In this document: in pieces, positions 1-9,416 of the stretch | How positions within the stretch are numbered: position 1 is the stretch's first letter | How the letters are laid out: every line of letters begins with the position of its first letter | Assembly (NCBI GenBank): GCA_046290225.1 | Contig: JBKAGE010000076.1 | Coordinates: forward strand, 32,001-96,000 | From: Bradymonadia bacterium | GTDB taxonomy: Bacteria > Myxococcota_A > Bradymonadia > UBA7976 > UBA1532 | Length of the DNA stretch: 64,000 nucleotides | Direction of reading: 5' to 3' | The notes under the pieces: model-generated | Told to the model about the DNA's origin: nothing | Databases searched by the model: none | Seen by the model: the letters and a program-made list of their open reading frames with translations, nothing else | Program-made: the position numbers and the translations under genes

Positions 1-1103
1 AGGAACCAGGGCATGTCCACCAGACCGTAGATACGACGCCAGTCCTCGTCCCAGAGGGGGTAGCCGTCGTCGCGGGTGTTGATCCAGTCGCCGCCCTCGG
101 CAGGCATCAGCTCCGACTGATCGGTCACGCAGCCCAGCTCCGGGCGCATCTCGGCGTCATCGGCGATGCAGCCTAAAATCTCGTAGTTGAAGGTGGCCGT
201 CTCTGCCTCGGCCACAGCAACCTCCACCATGCCCGGCAGAGGCCCCTTGGCCTTGGCCTCGGACATGATCGGCGCTTGCCACGCGAGCACGATCGAGTCG
301 CGACTCACCCCCGCAGCCTCAGCCACGGTGAAGATCTCCTCGGTGTAGCTCCGGCGGAACTCGATGTCGGGGTTCGCGCTGGGGGTGCCGTCGCGCAGCT
401 CCAAGAAGCCCGCTGTGGGTGAAGGCGTCGACCCATCTTCGAAACGCAGGTTGTCGGTGATCACCACCGCCGCCCGATGGCCAAAGGGAATCGCCGTGAG
501 AGGACGCACGATCAATGGGCGATCAGCTGCGGTCTCCCCGCGCAGATCCACCTCGGACCACGCGGGAATGCGCTCACCTGTGTCGAGATCGAAGAGCTGC
601 ACCGGTGAGTCGGCGCTCATGCTCGTGGACGGATCATCAGGCAGCGTGAGGTTGCTGGTGTCCACGAAGCCGCCGTCGATGACCGCAAAGAAGGCCGTGG
701 AGTTGGGGAAACCGTCGTCATCGAGGAAGTCGAGTAGGATCTGCGGATCAGCCCCGGCGTTCGGAGGCAGGATCTCGGCGTTCAGGCGTACATGCCAGCC
801 AGTCTCGGTGCTCTCGTCGGGCTGCACGTAGAACATCGAGGGGAACGGCTGGCCACAGACGGCCTCCACGAGGGGGTCACAGTTGCCTGTGGGCCACTCG
901 ACGGGCATGCCGCCGGCACCGCCAACGTCGCCACCCGATCCGCCAACCATGCCCCCAGCGCCACCGAGATCTCCGCCGGCGCCGGCCATGCCTCCGGCGC
1001 CTCCGGGATCACCACCACTGTCGTCGTCATCGCAACCAGACAAGGGCGCCGCAAGGGCGGCCACCATGCCCAGACAACTGAAAATCGTTCGGGTGCTCAT
1101 CAT
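1..1103 (-). CDS. Secreted lipoprotein, probably a lipase/alpha-beta hydrolase-associated family; runs off the left edge (3' truncated)
   Basis: Not in the ORF track because there is no stop in the window. Manual translation from ATG 1103: MMSTRTIFSCLGMVAALAAPLSGC (lipobox), DDDDSGG, a Gly/Ala linker, then CDPL..C..PFPS..Y, DGF, LIVRPLTAIP, and WRRIYGLVDMPWF at the edge. GAGAGG RBS-like sequence upstream. Any catalytic domain lies outside the window. Confidence 0.75.
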   Translation of the reverse strand, partial: MMSTRTIFSCLGMVAALAAPLSGCDDDDSGGDPGGAGGMAGAGGDLGGAGGMVGGSGGDVGGAGGMPVEWPTGNCDPLVEAVCGQPFPSMFYVQPDESTETGWHVRLNAEILPPNAGADPQILLDFLDDDGFPNSTAFFAVIDGGFVDTSNLTLPDDPSTSMSADSPVQLFDLDTGERIPAWSEVDLRGETAADRPLIVRPLTAIPFGHRAAVVITDNLRFEDGSTPSPTAGFLELRDGTPSANPDIEFRRSYTEEIFTVAEAAGVSRDSIVLAWQAPIMSEAKAKGPLPGMVEVAVAEAETATFNYEILGCIADDAEMRPELGCVTDQSELMPAEGGDWINTRDDGYPLWDEDWRRIYGLVDMPWF

Positions 1104-1310
1104 GCCTCTCGATGGCTTGGGTGTGTCTCTCTGTCGAGGGGCAGATGTATAGCCTCTGGGTGGGGTTGCTCTCCAGAGACACGATACGAACCACGCTCAT
1201 GTTGTGTACCGGTTCGCCCCTCAGCCCAAACACCACCCTCGCCCCAAAGCTGGAGCAACGCCGTGCACGAGCCGCGGAAGCGCGGAGGTGGCGGCAGTCG
1301 TCGATGAGGT

Positions 1311-1403
1311 GGTGAGTTTGCGTGCAGGCCCGGCGGAAAAACCGCAGTCGTGGCCGGAGGCCACGGCGAGGATTTTTCCGCCGGGCCTGTGCGTGAAATC
1401 GCC
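1311..1403 (+). repeat. Structured palindromic element (REP/MITE-like), copy 1 of the CCGCAG..CGAGGA family
   Basis: 31-bp stem: 1311-1341 pairs with 1373-1403, with five G-T wobbles on the + strand. It encloses CCGCAG-TCG-TGGCC-GGA-GGCCA-CGG-CGAGGA. Confidence 0.8.
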
Positions 1404-1406
1404 GGC

Positions 1407-3707
1407 TCAGCGGCGGCTGCCGCCGCCGGAGAGCCGGAGCAAAGTCACTTGCCAGGGCTTCGGGTACATGCCCAGCGCCAGCGAGCCGTCGGGGGCAAAG
1501 GCAGCTTCGGGCGCATCCGTGGCGGGGGCCGCCTGACCCGTAGAGCGGGCGATGTGACGGATCGGCTGCTGCGCACCCGTGTTGGTGTCGACCAGCACCG
1601 CCTCAAGGCCGCGGCGGGCGAAGAAGATCCAGCGGCCGTCGGGGGACACCTCGAGGTGCGAGGGCACCGAGGGCACCCAGACTCCGCCACCGATGTCGAA
1701 GTGGAAGGTCTGGGCCTGTGCCCCATCCAGATCAGAGATGACCACCGTGCACTGCTGTGTGTTGCAGTACTCCCGCAAGATACGGCTCTCGCTCACCATC
1801 CAGGTCTGCGTCAACGCGCCACCGTGACCTTGGAGGAGGTTGTCCACCACGCGGGTGCCCCCGGCGCTCTCGGCCACATTGGCCATCACCTTCAAGACAG
1901 GTGCGCCGTCGGTGCTGAACAGATCAGCGATGGGCTGTGTCACATCGAGCACCTTCAGGCCTTCTTTGGTCGGCACCACGATGCGGTTGGCCCGCACCTT
2001 CATGCCACGGGCGTCGAAGCCCACACGCGCTCGAGGGATGACCTGAAAGTACTCAGGGTTCAGCTTGCCCGTCTTCGATGAGCGGGTGTAGCCCTTCACG
2101 AAGTCGTCCAGATCGGTCGACACCAGCACGCTGCAGTCGGCGTTCACCCCGAAGTTCCAGCCCTCGCCCATCTTCACCATGTTCGACGGTGTGTACTTCC
2201 GCTTCCCCTTAGGGGAATACACCACCAGATCACCTCGGTAATTCACCGCCGCCAGGGCGCCGTTGGGGCAGCTCTCCACGTGAATCACGTCTTTGCGCAT
2301 CGACTTGCTCAGCCAGAGGCGCTTGCCTGTGGCGGTGTCGATCACCCGGACCTTATCGTCGTTGCCGCCCACGGCGAGGCGCCCCGTATCGCCGAGCCAG
2401 GCCACGGCGTCGACGGTGCCGTCACCCTTCATGCCCGAGCTGCGACCCTTCTTGGGGTGGGCGTCGATGATGCTGCTCACCTGCCAGCCCAGATCTTCCA
2501 CCTTCTCGACCCCGGGGCTCGCCGAGGTGCTCACCTGTACCACCTCTTCGAGAAGCGGCTTGGGGCCTGGCAAGGGCAGCTCGAAGGCCTTGATCGAACC
2601 GTCATAGGCCGCCACATAGCCCATCTTGCTGTCAGCGACGAGCTGCGTCGGCGCCTTGGACAAAGCCACAGTGCCCACTCGACGCATGTCGACGGGATCG
2701 AGCAAGAACGCGAAGTCGTCCATCCCCGTGCCGCCGACAGCAGAGAGCAACACAGCGCCAGCGTTCGCCGGCGATATCCCCGCGTTGCCGGGCGTACTCC
2801 GGCCAACAGGCTTCTTCGTCTCCAGGTCATATGCGATGAGCGCGCTCGTCGAGGAGACGTACAGACGATCCATGTCGGCCTGCACCAGCCCGCCATCCAC
2901 GGACTGGCCGCCCTCGATGGCCGTACAGGTGACGTTGTTCGGGTTCTTGATCGAGGTCATGCACACCTCGGTGAAGCTGCCCCCGTGGATCCCGTGCGCC
3001 GTGGCGAGGGTGTCGCCTCCAGCATCGAGGAAGGTCAAGTAGGGCTTCTTCACCGGGAAGGTGAGGGTACGGGCCTCGCCGGTGGCGCAGCTGACCGCCG
3101 TGAGGCCGTTGAAGAGACGCCCTCGGCCAGAGAATGTGTAGGCGAAGACCGAGCCGCCGCCGTCGCCGGCGAGCTCGCTGGGCACCGGGGTACGCCAGCG
3201 GGTCGTGCCATCTACAGGATCGATGGCGCGGGCGAGCAGGGTGCTCTTGCCGTTGGCGTCAGCACCTCGATGAGAGACCACCACGAGGCGACTGCCCTCG
3301 CAAGTGGTCAGGCGGCTGGCGGGGGCCTCGAGTTCGATGGCCCACTTCTGCTTGCCGGTCTGTGGATCGAGGCCCAACAGCTGCGTGTCTTCGGCGTTTC
3401 GCCACACCACGACGCCACCTGCGAGGGCGATCTCACCGTGTTGATAGTCATGTGGTTTGCGGGGTTTCTTCTTCCACACCCGCTTTCCTGTGGTGGTGTT
3501 GAAGGCATACAGCTCACCGGACCAGCTCACGGCGATCAGGCGCTCACCTGTGGAGAGCATGTCGACAGGGCCAGCGTCTTTGCCGGCTTTGGCGCTCCAG
3601 CGGACCTTCAGGGGCTTGTTCATCAGATCGGTGCCCACAGGGCCAGCAGTGGCGAGGCTGGCGGTGAGCAGAACGGCACCGAGGCTGCTCAGGATGGGAA
3701 AACGCAT
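1407..3707 (-). CDS. Secreted PQQ-like/WD40 beta-propeller repeat protein
   Basis: Signal peptide MRFPILSSLGAVLLTASLATA after a GGAG RBS. PQQ-type repeats (LYAFNTTTGKRVW, LGLDPQTGKQKW, AIDPVDGTTRW), then WD40-type repeats (LAVGGNDDKVRVID, VSPDGRWI, FAPDGSL). Confidence 0.85.
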   Translation of the reverse strand: MRFPILSSLGAVLLTASLATAGPVGTDLMNKPLKVRWSAKAGKDAGPVDMLSTGERLIAVSWSGELYAFNTTTGKRVWKKKPRKPHDYQHGEIALAGGVVVWRNAEDTQLLGLDPQTGKQKWAIELEAPASRLTTCEGSRLVVVSHRGADANGKSTLLARAIDPVDGTTRWRTPVPSELAGDGGGSVFAYTFSGRGRLFNGLTAVSCATGEARTLTFPVKKPYLTFLDAGGDTLATAHGIHGGSFTEVCMTSIKNPNNVTCTAIEGGQSVDGGLVQADMDRLYVSSTSALIAYDLETKKPVGRSTPGNAGISPANAGAVLLSAVGGTGMDDFAFLLDPVDMRRVGTVALSKAPTQLVADSKMGYVAAYDGSIKAFELPLPGPKPLLEEVVQVSTSASPGVEKVEDLGWQVSSIIDAHPKKGRSSGMKGDGTVDAVAWLGDTGRLAVGGNDDKVRVIDTATGKRLWLSKSMRKDVIHVESCPNGALAAVNYRGDLVVYSPKGKRKYTPSNMVKMGEGWNFGVNADCSVLVSTDLDDFVKGYTRSSKTGKLNPEYFQVIPRARVGFDARGMKVRANRIVVPTKEGLKVLDVTQPIADLFSTDGAPVLKVMANVAESAGGTRVVDNLLQGHGGALTQTWMVSESRILREYCNTQQCTVVISDLDGAQAQTFHFDIGGGVWVPSVPSHLEVSPDGRWIFFARRGLEAVLVDTNTGAQQPIRHIARSTGQAAPATDAPEAAFAPDGSLALGMYPKPWQVTLLRLSGGGSRR

Positions 3708-3803
3708 GGGACTCCTCCATAGACAGGGCGGCCATTGTGGCCTTTCACCTGTGATCTGCACAGTCTCGGAGGGCGTTTTTTTCTGGCGGGTTCAGGCAGA
3801 GGC

Positions 3804-4223
3804 TCAGATGCCCTGCTTCCCCGTGTTGCCACGGTTGTCGCCCACGTGGGGGGTCACGTCCGGGGGCGTCTCCGTAATGTTCAGGGCACGGCTCTTCAGG
3901 GTGTGCGGGCCCAGGTTCACCTCACCCCCCTCCACCGTCACGGGGAGCTTCAAGGGTTCGTAACCGATGGCGTTGATCACGATTGTGTAGGTCGTGTCTT
4001 CGAGGCCCTCGAAACCACCGTTCTCCATAACGCGGCGGTTGATGTTGAAGACTCCCAGGCGGGTGGTCTTGACGAAATCCGTGGCCGGCTGGGTCTTCAC
4101 CTCGATCCCTTTGATGGGATCACCCTGCTCGTCGACCAGCTGGCCGATGATCGCCCGCTGGCTGCCGCACCCCACGAGCCCGAGCAGGCCGAGCCCCATC
4201 AACACTCGACGGTAGTCATTCAT
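3804..4223 (-). CDS. Lipoprotein with carboxypeptidase-regulatory-like (transthyretin-like) domain
   Basis: Lipobox LVGC; IIGQLVDEQGDPIKGIEV..T...G.F...YTIVINAIGY pattern; GAGGAG RBS. Confidence 0.75.
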   Translation of the reverse strand: MNDYRRVLMGLGLLGLVGCGSQRAIIGQLVDEQGDPIKGIEVKTQPATDFVKTTRLGVFNINRRVMENGGFEGLEDTTYTIVINAIGYEPLKLPVTVEGGEVNLGPHTLKSRALNITETPPDVTPHVGDNRGNTGKQGI

Positions 4224-4283
4224 GTCAATCTCCTCGTGAAGCAGTCTTTGCTCTATAGACGGCAGCCCACAGAATAACTGAAA

Positions 4284-5681
4284 TCACAGTGGAGACAGAA
4301 GGGTCCCCAATGCAATGGGCTTCACCGCGCTGAGGAGATGTACGCGCCGGCTCAGCAAATGATCCACGCACGCCTCTGCCAGTGGCATGTGCTCTTCAGC
4401 CCCCACATCGGCCATCAAGGGGTGAACACACTCGACCAGCACGTCGCCGGATTCGATCACGATCACATCGACACACGCCGCGGTCCAGCCCATGGCTTCA
4501 GCGCCCCTTACAGCCAGATCGGTCAGCAGGGTGTGCTGATCTTCAGTGCCTGGCACTTCGCCGATCACCACCCCGTCGATCACCCTCAGGCGATGACGCG
4601 CCAGAGGGATTGCGCCGCTCTCCACCACAACCATGGGCGCGGCATCGAGCTGCTGCCGAAGCAGAACTTCGAGGGTGTGCACATCTGTGACCGGCACGAC
4701 ATATGGGGGCAATGCTCGATCAGATGCGGGGACCAGCACCCGCACGGGGAGCCCGCCCAAGGCCGTTACGAGATCTTCAGCGCGCCAGGTCATCTGGCGG
4801 TGCACCATCAGGCGAGGTCGAGTGGGCACGTCGGCCCAATCCAGCAACTGTGCCCCAGGACACGGCGCCCACAACGGCCCCTGCGGGTGATGGTGGAGCG
4901 TGGCCACCTGAGGGCCGAAGCACTGGCGTTCGATGTATCGAGCCAGCGCCGTGTCGCTCACACACAACAACATCGATCCTGGTGCCAACGGCCCTGTGGT
5001 GGGATCCATCGAGCGCGGGGTGATCTCCACTGCGCCGATCGATCGGGCGCTGCAGGCCGCCTCGAGGGCCCTCACCATCGCTGGAGCAGGCCTCGCTGGA
5101 TCAACCACCCAATGCAGCGTAGGCGCCACGGGCTCCGGAGGCCCATATGCGTGCCACGTGAGGGTGGTCCGCACACCACCACGAACCGGCAGCACCTCGT
5201 GACATGCCCCTGGATCAGGCACATCACCGAGATAATTGCGCCAGATGGCGAGGCGACCTGAACGCGGCACGATCTCAGTGGCCTGCGGGCCACTTTCAGG
5301 CCAGCGGCTCTGGCCTCCGGCCTCCGGGGCCTCTACGTGCACCATGGCGCTGGCGTAGCGCCGTAGACCGCCGACCTCGTGGGCGTCGTGCACCGGCCCT
5401 CGGCCCTGGCCGATCTCACACCGATGCAGGCGCCAGACAGGCGGACCGAGGTGTGTGTCGAGATCGAAGCGGGCGATGAGGCGCCCGGCGAGGACCTCGA
5501 GTGCGGGGTGAGCGCTCAAGGGCAGATCGACCACGAGGCCGTCGGGCCCTCGATGCACCTGCGCCGAGGGTGGCCAGAGAGCTTCGTCGGCACACACCGC
5601 TCTCAAAGCACGGAGCAGAGGCTCGTCGACGAAGCCGTCGATGATGCGCAATTGTGGACGGTGAGCAGACTGGGCGCTCAT
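4284..5681 (-). CDS. 2OG-Fe(II) oxygenase (prolyl-4-hydroxylase-like) domain fused to a RimK/ATP-grasp-like domain, both apparently degenerate
   Basis: N-half: IIDGFV, GQGRGPVHD, RYASAMVHV..PEAGGQSRWP, PRSGRLAIW.N, HEVLPVRGGVR. C-half: LGGLPVRV, LRVIDGVVIG, LAVRGAEAMGW..CVDVI. Start may be 5681 or 5732. Confidence 0.65.
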   Translation of the reverse strand: MSAQSAHRPQLRIIDGFVDEPLLRALRAVCADEALWPPSAQVHRGPDGLVVDLPLSAHPALEVLAGRLIARFDLDTHLGPPVWRLHRCEIGQGRGPVHDAHEVGGLRRYASAMVHVEAPEAGGQSRWPESGPQATEIVPRSGRLAIWRNYLGDVPDPGACHEVLPVRGGVRTTLTWHAYGPPEPVAPTLHWVVDPARPAPAMVRALEAACSARSIGAVEITPRSMDPTTGPLAPGSMLLCVSDTALARYIERQCFGPQVATLHHHPQGPLWAPCPGAQLLDWADVPTRPRLMVHRQMTWRAEDLVTALGGLPVRVLVPASDRALPPYVVPVTDVHTLEVLLRQQLDAAPMVVVESGAIPLARHRLRVIDGVVIGEVPGTEDQHTLLTDLAVRGAEAMGWTAACVDVIVIESGDVLVECVHPLMADVGAEEHMPLAEACVDHLLSRRVHLLSAVKPIALGTLLSPL

Positions 5682-5755
5682 GGAGTGCTCTTGCGACCTC
5701 GCCGGAGAGAGTGGATGGTGAGGGCGCACCATAATCCTCTCCGAGAGCGATCACC

Positions 5756-7726
5756 ATGTCATCGGCCCCACTGAGCGCCTGGGCCCTCGCCGGACTCCTG
5801 CTCACCGCCTTCGCCCACTCAACAGCCACCGCCGAGCCAGCGGTCGACCGATATGGCGATCCGCTCCCTGAGGATGCCGTAGCCCGACTCGGGAGCGCAC
5901 GGTTGATGCACCCGGGGCCGGTCATCGGCGCGCAGTTCGTCCAACAGGGCCGAGCACTGCTCGTGGCCTTCATACCTGCCCCTGCGGCTGATCCACAGAT
6001 GGTGCGTCCCACCATGCGTCTGTGGTCGGTGCACGACGGCGCCCTCCTCAAAGAGATCGAGGGTCCTCCCTTCCCGCTGACGCCGCCCAGGACGAGCCCG
6101 GACGGCAACATCATCGTGGCGCTCGACGCCCTCGGCCGACCCCGCCCCCTCGATCTCGAGGCGGGGCGGTTCGGTGCTCCTGTGGTGCTGCAAGGGGCGA
6201 GCGGCATCACCGCCATCGCGCCCACCAGCGATGGCCACGTGCTCGCCGCTGATGGCCAGCAAGTGGGGCTGTGGGCCTGGCCTTCAGGGGCGCGGGTGCG
6301 GACCTTCGACCTCGGCAGCCGGTGGCCCGAGCAGCTCACCGTGAACGCAGAGGGCACCCGGGGCGCCGTCGCCGTGGGCGATCGCGGAGACGTGGCCCTC
6401 TTGATGCTCGACCGACAAGAGCCAGTCCGTGTGTTGCCAGGCAACGGCCGCTCTGTCGTGGGTCTCGACCTGGACCCCAAAGGCGAGAGCGTCGCCATCG
6501 CCGAAGAGGGAGGCACCCTGCGCGTTCACCGTTTCCAGGGGCCCAGGCGCTTCGACCCCATCCAAGGTGGCCGCGGACTGTTCTCTGCAGATGGGCAGCG
6601 CATCTTCGTCGGATACCCGACCCCGAGCATCCATGTTGTGGCCGATGGTACCCGACAGGCGTCGATCCTCTCTGGCTGGCCGGGATTGATTCGCGTACTC
6701 GATCGAGGGCCAGCCCTCGCGGTGTTGGTGAATCAGCGACACGTGGTGCTGACCACCCTCTCAGGCACCCCACTGCATCTCGAACAGACCGCAGGCACAG
6801 CCCGCTCAAGCCAGGCTTTTGGCCAGCTGCTCGACGCCCCCAAAGGCGGTGTACCTCGGGCCCTCACGTGGGCCCCCGCTGCCGGCGTATCCGTCTGGTC
6901 CGGGGGCGGCGAGCGTGTCGCGTCAGGACACGAAGGGCTCGATCTGCTCGGCGCCACCGCCCTCAAAGGGGATCAGGTGGCGCTGCATCACCGCAGCCTC
7001 GATGGTGCGCAAATCACCCTGGTGACCCTCACCGATCTCGATGACGTTCGTCGGTTCCCTGTCCGGGCCGAGTCACCTTCTCACTTGAGCACGGGGCCGA
7101 AGGGCAACCGGATCTTCATCACCAGCCAGGGGGTCGACGACCCGCTCTGGCGCGCCGATGTTCGCACAGGCCGTGGGGGCCGCCAGACACCCGACAAGGG
7201 GAAATGGTCTACGGTGTGTCATGGCCCTGACGGGCAGATCGCCGCCCTGGTCTTCAGCCCGGCCCCCGGGTGGCGCAAGACCCCTTCTGGGAGCGTGTAC
7301 CTCTGGGCCAATCACCGGGCCAAGGGCAAGCGCATCATCCTCGAAGTCGCCGGACGCCTCGGCAGGGGGCGCCAGCCCGACCTGCGGACGTGTGCCTTCA
7401 CCCCAAGCGGTCGCACCCTGATCGTCGCCGGCCCCAACGGCATCCACTTCGTCGATGCCCGACGAGGTCGACGCCGCCGAAAGCACATCGACCTGCCTGA
7501 CCAGCTGGCCTTCTCTATGGCGCTCTCTCCTGACGGCCGATGGCTCGCCGCAGGCGACGCCGAGGGCGCGATTCGCCTCTGGAAGACCGACGATGGTGCT
7601 GCGGGGCCCACCCTGCGGGGGCACCTCGACGGCGTGCACCACCTTCACTTCTCCGCCGATGGCGCCCATCTGCTCTCGATGAGCGCAGACACCACAGGGC
7701 TGATCTGGCGACTCCCACCGCTCTGA
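5756..7726 (+). CDS. Secreted WD40 repeat protein
   Basis: Signal peptide; DRYGDPLPEDAVARLG leader motif; WD40 repeats such as LSPDGRWLAAGDAEGAIRLW and LRGHLDGVHHLHFSADGAHLLSMSADTTGLIW. Confidence 0.85.
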   Translation: MSSAPLSAWALAGLLLTAFAHSTATAEPAVDRYGDPLPEDAVARLGSARLMHPGPVIGAQFVQQGRALLVAFIPAPAADPQMVRPTMRLWSVHDGALLKEIEGPPFPLTPPRTSPDGNIIVALDALGRPRPLDLEAGRFGAPVVLQGASGITAIAPTSDGHVLAADGQQVGLWAWPSGARVRTFDLGSRWPEQLTVNAEGTRGAVAVGDRGDVALLMLDRQEPVRVLPGNGRSVVGLDLDPKGESVAIAEEGGTLRVHRFQGPRRFDPIQGGRGLFSADGQRIFVGYPTPSIHVVADGTRQASILSGWPGLIRVLDRGPALAVLVNQRHVVLTTLSGTPLHLEQTAGTARSSQAFGQLLDAPKGGVPRALTWAPAAGVSVWSGGGERVASGHEGLDLLGATALKGDQVALHHRSLDGAQITLVTLTDLDDVRRFPVRAESPSHLSTGPKGNRIFITSQGVDDPLWRADVRTGRGGRQTPDKGKWSTVCHGPDGQIAALVFSPAPGWRKTPSGSVYLWANHRAKGKRIILEVAGRLGRGRQPDLRTCAFTPSGRTLIVAGPNGIHFVDARRGRRRRKHIDLPDQLAFSMALSPDGRWLAAGDAEGAIRLWKTDDGAAGPTLRGHLDGVHHLHFSADGAHLLSMSADTTGLIWRLPPL

Positions 7727-7855
7727 TGACCCATAAAGGGCATCTCACACCTGACCAGCCCTTCAACACGCACCTCGACCAACCGATGAACAGGGATGTG
7801 TTGTTCTGTGCGAGCAACACCTATGAGGTTTGCGTCGGGTACTTTGAGGGCATTG

Positions 7856-9394
7856 ATGCACACGCCACCCATCGAACCGGTGTTGCGACTCGTAATGGAC
7901 GCCATTCCGCAATGCGTGTTCTGGAAATCCAGGGAGTTCGTCTACCTGGGCTGCAACAAGAACTTCGCCCGAGTGGCGGGCCTCTCCGATCCGTCGGAGA
8001 TCGTCGGTCTCACCGACGAAATGCTGCCCTGGAGCTCGGAGGAGACCCTCCGCTTCCGCTCGGATGATCGCCGCGTCATGGAGAGCGGAGAGGCCCGCTT
8101 CAACATCGTCGAGCATTTGATGGATGCCGAGGGCAAACGCCGCTGGCTCGAGACCAACAAGATCCCCCTGCGAGATCCAGAGGGTCAGATCTACGGGGTG
8201 TTGGGCACATTCGAAGACGTCACCCACACCTTCGCTCAGCAAGAAAGCCTCAAGCGCCTCAATGGGCAGCTGCGGCAGATTCAGCGATTCGAGCAGCTCG
8301 GCGGGCTGCTCAAGGGCATCGCCCACGACTTCAACAATCTGCTCACCACCATCTCGGTTCAAAGCGAGCTGATACAAAACAGCGCCGATGATCAAGAGAC
8401 GCTGCACTCGTCGACCGAGCGCATTCTGGCCTCGGTGGCCTCGTCGAAACAGCTCTGTCAGCAAATGAGTGTCTTTGCCGGTGACGAGCAGGTGGTCCTG
8501 TCACCGCTCAACATCGGCGAGCTGTTTCATGGCGCCAATGGACTGATCCGCGCCCTGGTGCCTCAAAACACCCGCTTCAACGTCACGATCCCCGAGCACA
8601 TGCCCACCATCGACGGTGACACAGTGCAGCTGCGTCAGCTGGTCCTCAACCTGCTGAGCAATGCCGCCGAGGCGACCTCGAAGATCGAGCACCCGCGCAT
8701 CAGCATCGAAGCCTTCCCTCACATGGTGGAAGAAGACGACGCGGTGCCCGCAGGTGAGTACGTCGCCCTTCAGATCACCGACAACGGCCGTGGGATCCCC
8801 AATTCGCTCAAAGAGAAGATCTTCGAGCCCTGCTTCTCGACCCACCCACGACACACAGGCCTCGGGCTCTCGATGGCTCGGGAGATCGCCCACCGCCATA
8901 CCGGGCATCTGATCCTGGTGGACAGCGCACCGGGTCAGACGATCTTCAGAGTATTGCTGCCCCAACAGGGTGCGATGACCCCTCTGCCTCAGAGCCTCAC
9001 CCCGGAGGGCCAGCCCACAGCCTTCGAAGGGCGCTGCCTGCTCGTCGACGACGAGCCTCTCACCCGACGCTCGTTGAGCCTCGTGTTGCAGCGGGCTGGC
9101 TTCGAAGTGATCGAGGCCACGAACGGGCTCGAAGGGATCGCGCTTCACGAGCGCCACGCAGAAGAGATCTCGGTGGTGGTCCTCGACGTGACGATGCCAG
9201 GCATGGGCGGCATCGAGGCCCTCTCCCGCATGCGCATGAACCACCCGGGCACCCCGGTGGTGCTCATGAGCGGCTACGCCGACAAGGTGCTCGACGGCGC
9301 CCTCTTCGGTGACTGGCACCCGGTTTTTCTGCAAAAGCCCTTCAACTCAGGGCAGCTCTTCGAGTCCATCATCGAAGCCCTCTCCGAAGGCTGA
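7856..9394 (+). CDS. PAS-domain hybrid sensor histidine kinase/response regulator
   Basis: PAS (VFWKS..YLGCN, WLETNKIPLRD), H-box IAHDFNNLL, N-box QLVLNLLSNA, G1 DNGRGI, G2 TGLGL, receiver LLVDDE..VLDVTMPGMGG..QKPF. Start uncertain. Confidence 0.9.
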   Translation: MHTPPIEPVLRLVMDAIPQCVFWKSREFVYLGCNKNFARVAGLSDPSEIVGLTDEMLPWSSEETLRFRSDDRRVMESGEARFNIVEHLMDAEGKRRWLETNKIPLRDPEGQIYGVLGTFEDVTHTFAQQESLKRLNGQLRQIQRFEQLGGLLKGIAHDFNNLLTTISVQSELIQNSADDQETLHSSTERILASVASSKQLCQQMSVFAGDEQVVLSPLNIGELFHGANGLIRALVPQNTRFNVTIPEHMPTIDGDTVQLRQLVLNLLSNAAEATSKIEHPRISIEAFPHMVEEDDAVPAGEYVALQITDNGRGIPNSLKEKIFEPCFSTHPRHTGLGLSMAREIAHRHTGHLILVDSAPGQTIFRVLLPQQGAMTPLPQSLTPEGQPTAFEGRCLLVDDEPLTRRSLSLVLQRAGFEVIEATNGLEGIALHERHAEEISVVVLDVTMPGMGGIEALSRMRMNHPGTPVVLMSGYADKVLDGALFGDWHPVFLQKPFNSGQLFESIIEALSEG

Positions 9395-9416
9395 GCCTCC
9401 TGTAGAACCAAAGCCC

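Noticed and set aside
7726..8067. ORF starting at TGATG after the WD40 gene (MTHKGHLTP...) as a real gene or frameshifted kinase N-terminus
   Set aside because: It overlaps the kinase PAS region in another frame, and shows no recognisable motif or slippery site.
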